NCBI GenBank assembly: GCA_015680685.1
Contig: MNCI01000673.1
Span: 246,486-310,485 of the forward strand
Origin: Gnetum montanum
Taxonomy: Eukaryota; Plantae; Gnetophyta
DNA: 64,000 nucleotides
Direction of reading: 5' to 3'
Shown one piece after another: positions 25,127-39,465 of this stretch. Below the pieces are notes generated by a model. That model made no database searches. It saw only the letters and a program-made list of their open reading frames with translations, and was not told the DNA's origin. A program made the translations under genes and the position numbers. Every line of letters starts with the position of its first letter. The stretch's first letter is position 1.

Positions 25127-26068
25127 TGATGAGACACGATATCGCATGGGCCGCGATATCGCATATGCGATATCATAGTCCGCCGTAATGTCTATAAATA
25201 AGAAGTGGCTCTCCCTTGTTTATCATCCTAGTTTAGTTCCTTAGGGAAACTCTAGTAGTTTGATCCCTCTAGAGATAGATTATTTTTCCCGTGTCTGCCT
25301 GTAGTGTGGTGAATGTAATTGTACGACATTTTTTATTTGAGTGTGACGTACTTGGAAACGCACATGACCAGAAATAAAGATCGAGATTACTTCATCATTG
25401 ACACATTTACTTTGTTATTTATTTATTTGTTTAATTATTATTTACTTCTTTCGTAGTTAATCTTTCTTACCCTTATATCCTAGAACGCGGAATGAGTACG
25501 ACTTGATTACGAGCATTTAAGTGTGACTACTTGGTAACCTAGTGGCGTACCTAGGATCTGTGCTTGGTAATCCCAATGGTAGTCAAGCACGAAGTCCAAG
25601 ATGCATATGGATAATCAAGGAATGGCTGCTCATCGCACTTAGGCTAGATTAGATTCTCTTACCCTTCCTCCTGGCTTAGCTTAGTTAATATTACTTTTCA
25701 TTACCTTCAGGAGTAGCATTAGAATTAGGAACACATCATACACGTCACTCTAGACTAAACCATACGTGACAAATATAATACTAGTCTAGGTGGGAAGACA
25801 GCGAACTGCGACCTAAGGTTAATGATCTAGGTGCCACAACTAGTCCGTTTGCGAAGTTCGACCGGATCACACATGAGAATGCTCGTATTCATATGGTTGA
25901 GTGTAGGGGTATCTTTCCACTCATCATAGGCGCTGTTGCTGGGGATGGTGCTAGTTATCTAGATTAGTTATATCATATAAGATCACTGTATAAGGACTTA
26001 ACGATATATCTCTTAAGAAGAAGAAAAAATTATAAAAAGTCACGCATAATTTCACACACAACTTCACA

Positions 26069-28225
26069 ATGCCTCTCCTACAAGATAATAATAATGCCAC
26101 ACTTAGTGAGGAAGTTCATTGGAGAACCAACGAACTATATGATGATGAAGATTGGAGTATACAACTTGAAGTGGGAGTTTCTTATAAACATGAACAAAAA
26201 AAACGTCATCGTAACACATGAAGACATAACTTACAAGATGACGATGAACCCCTACTGGCCACTACAAGCTTAATGCAAATACAAGAGGCTATTCAAATCT
26301 TACGTAGGCATCATAAAGAGAGCCAACTACCCAAGATCAATTTAAATAACTTTCCTAAATTTTCAAGAGGCTATGACTTAGCTCTGCATCAACATTTACA
26401 AGCCTTCTATGATGCCTGCACATGGAATAACATTGATAATGGGTGGCAAAAAGTTAAGCAAAAGTATGGTATAAATCGTTAAAACTAAATTCAATACGAC
26501 GCTGGTCAACAATGGTAAAAGTATTTAACAAAAAATATCAAACCTACGCAAGAGTGTCATCCTCGAGGAAACAAATCCAAGGATGGAAAAAAGCACAACA
26601 TGAACCCTTGGACATGGCCTTAGAAAGATATTATGCACTATTAAACAACTATCCAGGCCATGGGTTTTTAGAGGAAAGGCTAATGTACCATATTATTGAT
26701 GGGCTACGTAATGCAACAAGAGAGACCTTAGGAGTATATGCCCAAGGTCAACTATATGAACTACGAACCCATCAAGTCCAAGAGCTTATTAAGCAGGTAG
26801 CAAAAGAAGAAGGAGAAATCACTAGATGGGAGAGTGTTGAAAAACATTAACAAGTCCAGAATCTCATTTTAACAAAGGTCCATGATCATAAAAAGGAGAG
26901 ATCAACAAATCTCAAGGTGGAAACATCATCTTTGCCAATACAACAATNTCAACTATATGAACTACGAACCCATCAAGTCCAAGAGCTTATTAAGCAGGTA
27001 GCAAAAGAAGAAGGAGAAATCACTAGATGGGAGAGTGTTGAAAAACATTAACAAGACCAGAATCTCATTTTAACAAAGGTCCATGATCATAAAAAGGAGA
27101 GATCAACAAATCTCAAGGTGGAAACATCATCTTTGCCAATACAACAATTGTTAGAAGAAGCCAAGGCAAAGATCAATAAGATGTTGGAATGGATGTATCA
27201 AAAGTGTGGAGAATATATCAACACTATTGGAGATAGAGTTTTGACAACCCAAGAAGCAGGACAAAACATTAGACATTCAGAAAAAAAGAATGAAGGGAAT
27301 AAGTGCTGAACTGCCAAGCATATGTATGAATGCAACATATGCCTGTACGATCACCCCAAAGGCCAATGCCCAATATTGTTACATCTACATGAGCATTTAG
27401 GAAACACGTTATATTCAGAGTTTGTACAGAGATACTATGTTAGATCACAGTGGCAACAATCCCAGTCATGGGGAAGACCACCCTTAGATTGGAGACACCC
27501 TTCATATTTTCCGAAACCAAACACTTATCAAGTTCAACATCTTGTTTCTCCAACTGGGCCAACATAATTTATTTCACCACAATACTATTCTCCACAATAC
27601 TATCAACCCATGCATTCAACACAACCACCACCTTGTGCACCTTATATTCCTCCTAACTTTCAGCATTCTCATCCTTTCCCTCCTTCCATAGTGCCACTAG
27701 TTGTTCCTAAGGTGCATGCACTACCGCAAACAACCTACGAACATTACTTGTGCTAATACTACCAACAACAGTGAGAAAAATCCTTAACATCCAAAGAGCC
27801 CCTTCTTTAAACATATTCGTAAGAAGGGACAACATAATTAAGAGGCCACTGCATCTTCCAACTCAGCACAAGTCCCACACTGTGGTGTATCCTTACCTTT
27901 GAATCCAATGTCGCATGTAACTTCATCAGGGCCACCAATTAACACTCCAATAACCATACGGCCCAATGAACACAACCATGGGAGGCATCATCCCAATCCT
28001 TGCATATCATCTAATGGTCCCAAATATCATAGTGGGTCAACTCATTATCCTGGAACTACATCGTACAAATTTCCCCACTATGATTACTATAATCAAGTGT
28101 GTGAACCCCAAGGGGATAAGTATGATCGGGCCCCAATACTTCCAACATGTAAGGATCCTCATCTTCCATTTATTAATCCTTGCCATCCTCAACTAATTAG
28201 TTATGGGGGATATCCCCCATTCTAG
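26069..28225 (+). pseudogene. Element B gag (homolog of A gag), degenerate
   Basis: FPKFSRGYDLALHQHL, EPLDMALERY..YPGHGF, CNICLYDHPKGQC, Pro/His-rich tail. No protease or RT motif follows. Confidence 0.88.
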
Positions 28226-30111
28226 TAACAAGCAGGATTAATAAATATTTTTCATTTTCTTTAATTTTATAAATTTTTGTTTTTTAGTTTTTCATTTTTT
28301 AACTTTTTGTTTTATCTTTTTATCTTTTTATGTTTTTGTCTTTGTACATTTTCTTAAGTAATCTTATCCATGAATAAAAAACTCATGTGGATCGTTGATT
28401 GAGGGGTGTTCTATGTTATTAAGTCATGAGTGATCAATTATTTGGAACAGTGAGCCCATTACACCCACTCATCCACTCTACAAATAAGAGGTTTTTTTTG
28501 AGGGTATAGTGATATTCTTGAAATTCTAAAAACTTAAAATTAATCTTGTGTTCATTGTACCCAGAATGAAGAAGGATGGACCAAGAGGGAATGCTTAGGA
28601 TGTGACATTAAGGGAACTTGCGGATTCTCTTTGGTGACGTCTATGGGAGTTATCATGCAACCTAGTTGTACTAAGATCCTTGTAGATCTAATGAAAAATG
28701 GGAGTAAGAGTAATCAAAAGGGCACTCAAAAAAATCAAAGGCTGTTCTAGGGGGTTCCACTGGAAAGACATGCACCCATGCCTGAAGGTTGGTAGCTTCT
28801 TTGGATTCAGTATTCAAAAAAACAAAAAGAAGAGAAAAGAGAAAAAAAAAGAGAGAAAAGAAAAGTGCCACAAACAAAAATCACTCCTCCCTTGAACAAA
28901 ATGCAAAGTAATCGTACGCCTTGTTGTTGTGGTACTCTCATAGTTGTTCATCATGGGATGAAACAATGCGATGTCACTGTTTAGAGGAATGGACTTGGTC
29001 CTGATTTTGGAACAATGGGTTAATGACACCTTAATCATGTTGTGCATGTAGGATTCATTGTGCCCTAGGTTAGTTACCTCATGTCCCAATCTCTACGATC
29101 CCTTTCTCTAGTTCATCTCATCTCACTGTTCGTATAATTGTAGCTTGTGACCTGCGTAGCATAGAATTTTCATCTCATTCCGGTGATATTTACATGTGTG
29201 TATTTTGTGAAGTTAGTGTGGATTACATTTAACCCTTCTAGTACCCATGGACACTCTAAGTGTGGTTACACAAGGGCATTATAGGTTGGAACCTACTTTG
29301 GGGAGGACCCACTTGTGTAATCTTTTGTAATCTTCGCTTATGACACAACTCACACACACCATTTCTTACCCTTAGCATATTGCCAATAATTTTCTTTCCC
29401 TTATTACCATCACATAGTCTTTTTCTCTACCATCCAAGGTCCTTATTGATAAATTCCACACCATCATAATTTTCATGCCTTTAGAACTAATTGAATTATC
29501 CTAGAACCCTATAACAATCATCCAGATGTCCTTAGTTTACATCATTTAATTTCAAAATAAATATTAAAAATTCAGGACATTCTCTAAGTGCCCTAACTTC
29601 AATGAAAATATATATTCGTGACCCCCCTATGCTAATCACCATCATTTGCAACTGTTCACATAGGGAAAGTTTTTCAAATTCCTCTCTATGACTCGTGATT
29701 TCACATCTCGTGCTTTCATATCCATAACTCGCTCGCTAGTACTCCGATTTTCATTCCATTTGAACCTACTTGACCCCAGAGTGTTTAGCTTAGTTGTGGG
29801 GGAGGGGCACATGCCAAATAGCACATAAATTTTTTGAAATTCATCATTTCCCGAAGGACATATTTAAGGGTAATTAGTTGTAAAATTAAGAATAAAATGT
29901 GTCAAAAACAATTTCATCCCCTTAGCTATACTAGAAAATTAAATTTAGAAACCACCAAAGTAAAGAGGACTCAATATTATAATCTTTCAGGGACATGTTC
30001 TTCCAATAATTAACATCACATAGAAATAAAGTAAATTTGTTAAGGCAAGTAGTAAGGTATAACCTAAGTTTGGTAACAACCATACTAACGATTGGTCCCG
30101 TGTAATTGCAG

Positions 30112-30900
30112 ATGGCCCTGAAACACGGACAACAGGAAGGTCCTACCCAAGGTGGAAGTAAACAAGCTCGGAGAGGTGGAAGACAAGGTCCTGCTAGACA
30201 ACATGCAGAATAGGAGGAGCAATCATTCAGCATTCATCAAGAAGAACCTCCTATCAGATAGTTTGGGCAGGTATAAGAAGGAGTTTCTGCAGTGCTTGAA
30301 CAAGGACAATAGCTCACGTTACCCCAAGATTGTGTTCAGGCCATCCATGAAAAGTCCACATTCATTGCGATGATTGTGGAATTGAACTTTGAATCATTTG
30401 TAGAGTTCATTCCTGAGGCCATTAGGGATCACCTCAAAGGATCCCCATTATGGCCTACCCTCTCTGAAAGCGGTGTGTGGTACTTATGGGAAATGTACCA
30501 ATTTTGGCACAATAAAGAAGAAGGCACCATGGTTAACAATTGTGGTGTGACTATTGACTTCTCTATTCAAGCCATTTTGGAAGTATTAAACCTTCCGAAT
30601 ACAGGGCCAAAGGTTGCTCAGAACCAGCTGGACACTTTTAGAATTGAGCAACTTAATAAACTATTGACAGAGAATAAAAGGGTGGTGAAAGAAAAAGAGA
30701 AGGTTGACTGGGATGCCTCTATGGCACAAGCACAAACTTATGTGCATGCCAAGGCACTCAAGGCCTTACAAGAGGAGAAATTCTAGGCCATACTTCGACG
30801 TCATCAAATTCTAAGACCTGGAGCATAGGAAAAAGGAAAGACACCCATGGAGGAGCCATCGCCACCAGGAACTACATGGGTTCCAAATTTTTATAGTTGT
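30112..30900 (+). pseudogene. Element B 3' accessory (env-like) ORF, single frame with nonsense mutations
   Basis: MALKHGQQEGP.. is in frame with ORF 30370-30786 (WYLWEMYQFW..GVTIDFSIQAILEVLNLPNTG) and ..EKGKTPMEEP. Stops are TAG/TAA, compatible with C>T/G>A. Confidence 0.75.
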
Positions 30901-31874
30901 AGCATTTTTTCTGTGTTGTGTCTTTCCACACTATAGCATCATTTCATTTTTGTTTTCCCCATCTAATAATCCCATACCTATCCACTGTGTAATCACTATA
31001 ACTCAAGGACGAGTTTTTATGTAGTTGTGGGGGTATGATGGGACGTGATATCGCATGGGCCGCGATATCGCATACATGATATCATGTCCACTGCGATATC
31101 ACATCCCCTGCGATATCACAGTCCACCGCAATCTCTATAAATAAGAAGCGGCTCTCCCTTGTTTATCATCCTAGTTTAGTTCCTTAGTGAAGCTTTGGTA
31201 GTTTGATCCCTCCAGAGATAGATTATTTTTCTCGTGTCTGCCTACAATGTGGTGAATGTAATTGTATGAAATTCTTTATTCGAGTGTGACGTACTTGGAC
31301 ACGCACATGATCAAAAATAAAGATCAAGATTACTTCATCATTGTAGCATTCACTTTGTTATTTATTTACTTATTTAATTTTTATTTGCTACTTTCGTAGT
31401 TAATCTTTCTTACCCTTATCTCCTAGAATGTGGAATGAGTACAACTTGATTACGAGCATTTAAGTATGACTACTTGGTAACCCAGTGGCGTACGTAGGAT
31501 CTACGCTTGGTAATCTTAGTGGTAGTCATGCACGAAGTCCAAGATGTGTACGGATAATCAAGGAATGACTGCTCATCGTACTTAGGCTAGATTAGATTCT
31601 CTTACCCTTCCTCCTAGCTTAGCTTAGTTAATATTACTTTCCATTGCCTTCAGGAGTAGCATTAGAATTAGGAACACATCATACACCCCACTCTAGACTA
31701 AACCATACATGACAAATATAATACTAGTCTAGGTGGGAAGACAACGAACTACAACCTAAGGTTAACGATATAGGTGCCACAACTAGTTCGTCTATGGAGT
31801 TCAATCGGATCGTGCGTGAGAACGCTCGTATTCATATGGTTGAGTGTAGGGGTATCTTGCCACTCATCAATATG

Positions 31875-32260
31875 GTAATAACTACTCTATAAATATTTGA
31901 ATTAATTGGTGGGTTGGAAATATGTGGTTGGGATTTTTAAAGCATAATCTATTAAATCTATCAAAGGAACTTTCATAATCCTCCTCTTTCCTTTGTGTGA
32001 ACTCATAAGTCTCTTCCTAAGTATATATAGCCTATCATTTGAAAGGAAACAATGAATTAAGGGTACCTTAAATTCATCCCATGAACTTATTTGTGGTGCT
32101 AACATTGCTATCATAGTCTAAAATTATCTTATATGAGTTATAGGGTCTTCATCAGTTGTTTTCCTAAAAATGGGTAGTAAGTGTAAAGTTTAACTTTCAC
32201 ATTTCTTCTTGGAGGAGAAACTAGTGCTCATTGAGGAATTATTGGTATCCTTTGATTTAA
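31875..32260 (-). pseudogene. Element G gag N-terminal part
   Basis: LLPIFRKTTDEDPITHI and ISSWDEFK..F motifs; continues at 25126 across the B insertion. Confidence 0.7.
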
Positions 32261-33199
32261 TAAGTCCCTAGAGTTTGTCCCTGATAAGCTTCTCAAAATG
32301 GAATATTAGAACCTATACTTTCGAAAGAAAGAGGAATTAAGCTATGTGAAATTGAAGGTGGTGTATGATGTGAAGGAGACCCAATTGTAAATGTAGTAGT
32401 TAATATTGGAGTTATAATGAGGCTTGATATCAAAACAAAAGTAGATATTGAAGTAATAGAATTTGAATATTTAATGTGCTTATTGGTTGGGTGGTTCCTT
32501 GGTGAACATGTTACAAAATATTTGGCTAAGGTTCAGATTTTGAACACTTGCAACTATGACTAGATTTGTAGTTTGCATTATGATATTTAGTATATCAAAG
32601 AGAGGGTTAAAAGATGTGGAGAATAGAAATTTTGTTTTTGATTTTTCTTGATTGAAAATGTTAGTTGGATTTCCTTCTTTATTATTGGTTAAAATTCTTT
32701 GTTTCTCAAGGAAGGTTGATGGAATAGGAATTTATCTTATAGAGGTAGGCTATCCTTGTTCCTCTTAAGGTTACTTTAAATTGCTTCAGGTATGTTTATA
32801 ATAACTAGTAGTATTCCTAGAAGGTTGAATTCATGTTGGATATTTATGTTTCTTATTTGATTTTATTTAACAAGAAAGCTCTTCCTTGGCAAGTAACCCT
32901 AAGAATATGCAGATTGAGTTACTTGCTCTCATAATCACTACTTTAATTGCAAATTTTTTAAATAAATTTTATCAATTTTTGAAATTAAGGAAATTGATTC
33001 TTATTTTATCAATTTTTTGTATTTTTATTTCTCTTCTTAAAAATAAAACAATTAAAAGAGATCATTTCTAATACTACAAAAGAAAAGAAATTGAAATGAA
33101 ATGGAAAGACTATGTACCTTTTTAGAAGATTCAACTCAAATGTTGAAAAGAAATATGAAAAACATACTAAAATCTTGATGATGATTGACTTTGCTAGCC

Positions 33200-33217
33200 T
33201 TCCTAGTAATGGTGCCA
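33200..33217 (-). promoter_or_regulatory. tRNA-Asp-type PBS of G; G 5' LTR begins ~33221 (far end not resolved)
   Basis: Reverse complement TGGCACCATTACTAGGAA, a decayed form of TGGCGCCGTTGCCGGGGA; followed on + by TAATGAG (decayed TGATGAG). Confidence 0.65.
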
Positions 33218-36200
33218 AATTAATGAGCCTGCCAAAATTTTTGGGTTAGATTACTCTTATTGTAGAAATGTCACCTTGTCTATGACTAACCTGCAAGTTG
33301 TATCGATGGAGAAATAGTCCAAAGTTAAAGAAATCATCAAAACATAGAATAATTAGGAAAAAATCATAATATATATATATATAGATATTCATCAAAAGAA
33401 TCGATGAGGATTGATACAATGCGAATGGGCTATCAAACTATAACATGCTGTCGATGTTCTTCTATGGCTGAATTGTATCATGCCTATTGTGTAGATTGAT
33501 ATCCTAATTCCCTAGGAAGGTGTAGCTTCCTTTTGTTGGATGCTATCAATCTTGATCATGGGTGCTATAGGTATTGATATGATTTAGATCAATTTTAATT
33601 GACTTGGGCTATGTGGATCAATATGGTTTCTTTAGAATATATTGAAATTCTCAACCCCAATTGATATCCTTATCAATAATTGTCAATCCTATGATATCAT
33701 GCAATAACATAATCTCAACAAAGAATTTAATCTTTATTGCTTTGCATGGATGAAATTGGGGCACTTAGATATAATGAAATAGTAAGAAAAAATTAATCAT
33801 GTTTTATCATAAAAACTACAACAATTGGGGGTTTGACAAAATCTTATGTCATAATGATGACTTGTTATCAATTTTTCTCTTAGTTTTAAGGCTCATAATT
33901 ATTTCCTAAGTCATGGTCATGACATCCCCAACATTCCTTATCTATTACTAATCATTCTGTGGGCATTTTAGGTCATTTTCTATCTTTTTTTTTGAAATTT
34001 TTACTAAAACCACAAGTCAAGAACTGTCATGGTGAGACTTTTGATGCTAATCACAAGTCATGATGGATCTTAATAGTTATTTATATTTTCTAGGTTCTAT
34101 TTTGATAAATCTATAATTCCACAAGCAATGATGAGGTTGTGTTAAAGATGTGGTCAAATAAGTCTTCCTTGTAATTTTAACCATTTCAAGCCATTTCTTA
34201 TGATTTCTTGCTAACCATGGGTCATAGTCAAGTTGTGGTATAGCCACTACTAGTCATGGTTAGGTTATGCTCAGGTCATGGTTGAGAATTTTTATCATAG
34301 TTTCTACTTGTGATTTTTTAATGCAACAAATGAGTCATGATTAGGTTATGGTTAGTTACCACAAATTATGATGAATTCATGGTTAAAATAGTTTTTTTAT
34401 TTGTGAGTCTATCTTATTTTTGAAGTTTAATTTGCTATATTTTAATAACTGTAGAATCTATTTGATACTATTCAATAGGTATGAGTTATGTTGATCTATT
34501 AGATTCGATCTTGGAGTTGACTGTTGGTTGTTGTTAGAGATTTTAGTTGTTTAGTTTTGTTAGCTATTAGTTATGTCTCTCCATCATGAATATTTGGATT
34601 GTAATTTTTAGATGATCATATGATTACTCATTATCAAGAGTTAGCACCGAGTTAAGTGGAAAATTGAAGATGAAAATCTTAAAGATGTTTAGTATTTAAC
34701 CTCCAATGGGATGCATCAATCTAGCTATCATTGCAAATCCAATCCTACATAAGAAGGTGATCCATGGCTCATTGGTCCTTTGTTCAATACCTAAAAAATG
34801 TTAGATATGAGTTCTAAATGATACATCTAGAATTGATAATATTAATTTACACATTAATTAATTAGAATAATAAAGAAATAACAAGTATTAGAAATAGAAA
34901 TTTAATTATGAAATTAGAAGAAATGCATTAAGAACACAAGGAATTATCTTGGGGAAAGCATATGAAAAACCTAGCAATATCTCATGCTCCTACCAAGTCT
35001 TAGAAATCCAAGTCTTCTTTTCTTTGAGATTTACAACAAGCTTAGTTCAAACTTTCATAGCAGACTGCAACTTGAAGTATGCCTCACACATCCTTTGATT
35101 TGGTAAAGATGTATTAACAAGATTGCCAAGAATCCACTTATATAGTGGTAATAATTTCATGCTTTGATTAAAAGCTAGATTATGAAGTTATAATCCATAA
35201 TTTATCCTCACCAAATTGGGTGTGAGAGGTTACATATTATTTTGATATATTACATACTTTAGCTTTTGTTATTTTTTGCTAGCATGCCAAGAATAATTTT
35301 CCAACATCACAACCATTATAACATGTAGGTGTTTTAAAATTAAAATTAATAATATATCTAAAAATTCTCTTATTGTTTATTTTAAGGCATTAAGACTAGG
35401 AGCAATCATTACATTTCACAATTTACCAATCCAAGTTCTTTTCTACACCAATTGACCTTATCCATAAGAATTGACTTGGACAATATATATCCACTAGATT
35501 TTTTGATGTAGAAACCTTTTTTTAGAGAAATTATTTATTTTTCAATTTGATCCCAAATAAAATGGTAATTTATGTTAATGTGTTTTGTTCTTGCATGGAA
35601 CCTAGGATTCCTTGATAGGAAGACTGCAGTAGGCTGACTACAATAGTTAATCACCTTCAAATACTAAATTCAGATTTTATGTAAAGATAATTAATTTTTC
35701 TAAAAAAAAAAGAAAACTAGCTATCTTCAATTATTCAATTAGAGGATTGCAATAGGATTTCTAAAATCCACAAACATTTAAAGCCTTTCATACTCAAAAG
35801 ATGTTATAGAGCATAAGGCTCTACAATCACACAATGGCTATTCTTAATGCAAGACATAACCAATAGAAAATCTCTTCCATAACCTAGGATTAAGATATTG
35901 AATCACAAGTAAGAGATAAGAGATAGAGAACATAGGAAACCACGTCACACAATTAGCCTTGTAGCTATAGTAACAAATTGTACTCACTTAATATGCTCTT
36001 ACACATTTTGTTACTAAGCTTTTTGCACTTAGAGCTCTCTTTCCTACTCATGGTATCAAAAATTATGAATTACATTAATATTTATGAATAAAAAGAAGAT
36101 AAGAAATATAGAGACCTTTCCTCAAATTAACTTAAGGTTCTTCAGTTGTTTCCATGCTCTTTTTATCTTCTCTCCAGCTATTTCCATCCTCCTTGAAATG

Positions 36201-37999
36201 ACCTCGACTATTTCCTAAATTGGTTTAGGTGATTTTAGAAGTTTCCTCAACCATATAAATCATCATTAACCTTGTTGGGTCACCTCTCATGAAAACACAA
36301 CCTTTGGCAAAGAGATTTACTTTTTCTGGGAGACATATTCTCCTAGGCCAAGACATCTTCTCCTTGGAAAGAAATCTTGCCCAACACATCTCTTGATCTA
36401 GGGAGACATCTTTCCTAAGAAATCTTCTCTTAGGATGAGATGTCTTCCCTAAGATATCTCCTCTTAGGATGAGAGGTCTTCTCTAAGAAGTCTCACATTC
36501 GGTCAAGATGTTTCCTACATAGTTTGAGCTCTTAAACAAGATGTCTCATTGACCTCCAAAACATCTTCACAGAGTTCAAAATTTACAAAATACACATTTA
36601 GGAAAGAACAAAGAGGATTATAAGGGGTGTTCCTACACCAACTCTCCCACTCTTCAAAAATTAAACTCATGTGAACAAGAGAGTAGGGGTTGAAGTGATC
36701 CCCCACTCATGAAGTTTGGTCTCATGGATAGATACAACATCATCTATGAACTAATTCTTCTAGTGGATCAAATATTCATGCTTCATGACTCTCTAAGTAT
36801 TAGAAGCTTCCTTCCACTTAAGTATGATTACATTCTAAATGCTTAATTTGATTAAGAGTCCCCTTTAACACATCGATGCTACCCTATATGGTCTTCTCAT
36901 TAACTAGTTCATGATAGTGCACATGATTTAAAATATTAAATATAAAAGATGTATCAACATCATTTGGTAAATCAATCTCAAAAGCATTATTATTAATCTT
37001 CATCTTAATTTTGAAAGGTCTCCTTCTTGAAGGATATCCAAACTAAATCACCAACAATAAATTTTGGCGTATGTTTACTTTTTACCTATTGAGGACTCTC
37101 TCTTCAACATTCTTCTCAAGATTTCATTTTACTTACATATGGAGATCTATCATCTCTTGTAGAAAATCATCACTAAGTTAAAATTTACCAATAAAGCTCA
37201 TCATCTTCTTTGAATTTGGAAGTCTCTTACTCATTCTTCCTTCACCATCAAAATTACAATGTAGATTTCATTCACGCTATCCATCTGTTCATAGCCAAGA
37301 TAATCAGTTTTGTCATTATCAATGTTCACATTGACATCAATAATGATCTTCTAATTATGACTACCACTATAGTCATATTATCAAATACAAAATTAGACAT
37401 ATTATCATTATTAGTCTTTCTCTCACCAATAATGGCATCAAAAGTTATATTGCTTTCATCATTCACAACATAATTCATAATTTCATCATAATCACCATAA
37501 TGATCATGATGCTCATCATCACAATGGAATAATGCACTACCAAGCTAAAGAGAAAAACTAGAATCTAACATACTAGTTTCCACATAAGAGACATTACTAT
37601 CACCTACAAGGTACAACTTAGATTGACATATCTCTTCATGCCTTCTTCTATCCATATTTGATTTAACTTGATCATTAACATATGGCTATCCAATCACATC
37701 AAAGGTTAAAGCTTCAAGATTCCACATAGGAGTCTCTAAGTTCAATAGTTTCTCCTCTTAAAAGAAATCATCAATAGCTTCTACATCTTACTTTGGTGGT
37801 ACCAACTCAAAAAGTAAATTCTCCTCCATGGCTTGAACATTAGATTTATCATCAAAGTAATCATTCTTCCACATATGTTAGCTAGAAGATTCACCTCTTT
37901 CCATGAGATAGCCTCAACTTGGCAAAGAAACATCTTTTCCTTACTAGAAGGTATAAAATTACTACATAATTAATGAGTATCATACCTCCTAGTGATGCC

Positions 38000-39460
38000 C
38001 TTGATCCTTCTTAAAGAAGTTCCTTTGATCAACTATCATTGGAATTAACTCATGAATTCCATGAGTTTTATCTACACTCCATATATTTCTTGCTTCATCA
38101 AACTAAGCACCATTGTTAAAATTCCAAGGTATATTAAGAATTACATTGGAACAATTTATTGGAAGTACATCATACTTCATAAAAACCTCCAATTTTAAAT
38201 TTCAAAGTACAATGTTTACTCACCTCTTGGGAAAATTATCTAAATAACCAATGCACTTTATAAGGTCCAGGATGAGGATTAGTTACCAGCCCAAATATAG
38301 TAGTTATTATAGAAGAAATAATATTATCTTGGGATTCCCCATCAATCAAAACATAAATCCATTCCCTACTAAGAAAACATATAGTCCTAATCTAAAAGAA
38401 ATATTTCCTATGACAATGATCTCCTCTATTCACTTTCTCCATGAATGCACAAGAATTTAATTTAGAAAAATCCTTTGTTTTTTGAGCATTAGGATTACCT
38501 CTTTGAAGATCTTGCCTTGATATATCATCCAACTTCATGGTTTTCACATCTTTTTTTTTCATTGGCTTCATTGTGAAGTGGACATTTCCATTAATTGTGT
38601 TTCCATTCTCCACACTTGATGCACTAGATTTTTGATGGCTTGCTACCTTGAACCTTGACCCTTGCCTCCCTTACCTTGTTCCTTATTGGCCTTACCATTT
38701 TCATTGTCTTTTTTAGTATTCTTATCTTGGCTTCCATCCTTGTCTTTATATTTTTACTTGGATATATTTTTGGATTTGGATCCTTTCTTCTTCCCCTTGA
38801 AAGTTTGTTTGCTTCTATTTTTTAATCCACTTAAATTATGATCAGCTTTGAGTGCTAAGTCATAAGCTTCATTAAGGATTTGTGGCTTATAAAAGGATAA
38901 ATCCTACTGATATACCATTTTGAGACCCCATAAAAAGATTGAAGCCTATTCATATTCTTTCCAATTTACTTGAGGTTAATGGAATAGATCATAAAATTCA
39001 ATATAAAATTCTTTGACATCCTTGTTACATTGACTTATGAATTTTAACTTCATAATAGTCACTTTTTACTAAAGAGATTATTCAAATTTTCTTTTTAACT
39101 TATATTTTATCAAATCTCAATCTCTAATGGACTGGCCATTTCATCTTTCATAATCTTAGAACTCCTTGTCCCACCATGTGTAAGCCATACCTTCTCTTCC
39201 TGCAAGTTATCTATGTATAAGAAACAGGTACCCTCAAGTTATTCAATATCTCTTCCAATTGGAAATGCTTCTTAAGTGTCTTTAGCCAACTTACAAAATA
39301 ATTGGTGTCATCTATATCATTGAAAGTCTTCAGCTCCATGTATAGAAGTCTTTTAGCATTTTTGAAATGGTCTAGCAAGTCTTACCTCATATTCCTCCTT
39401 AAGCTTGCTTGGAGAAGAAGTAGTTACCATCCTTAGAGTTCTCAAAATTATCATATGAGG
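38000..39460 (-). pseudogene. Element D gag + CCHC knuckle + aspartic protease (5' part at ~43789-44020)
   Basis: EGMAYTWWD..LKRKF, CIKCGEWKHN*WKC, VLIDGESQDNIIS, PHPGPYKVHWL, DVLPINCSNVIL. No RT or integrase motifs before the PPT. Confidence 0.82.
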
Positions 39461-39465
39461 AATAG

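Larger units (their letters stand above)
25127..31869 (+). mobile_element. Element B: complete pol-less Athila-like LTR element (gag + 3' ORF), inserted in G gag
   Basis: LTRs 25127-25926 and 31036-31869 (TGATG..CATCA); exact TSD ATATG (25122-25126 / 31870-31874); PBS TAGGCGCTGTTGCTGGGGA 25927-25945; PPT GTTGTGGGGGTA before 31036. Confidence 0.95.

Noticed and set aside
26748-27148. 200-bp tandem duplication in B gag
   Set aside because: Near-identical copies joined by a single N (26948); typical unmerged contig overlap. It is absent from homologous A.
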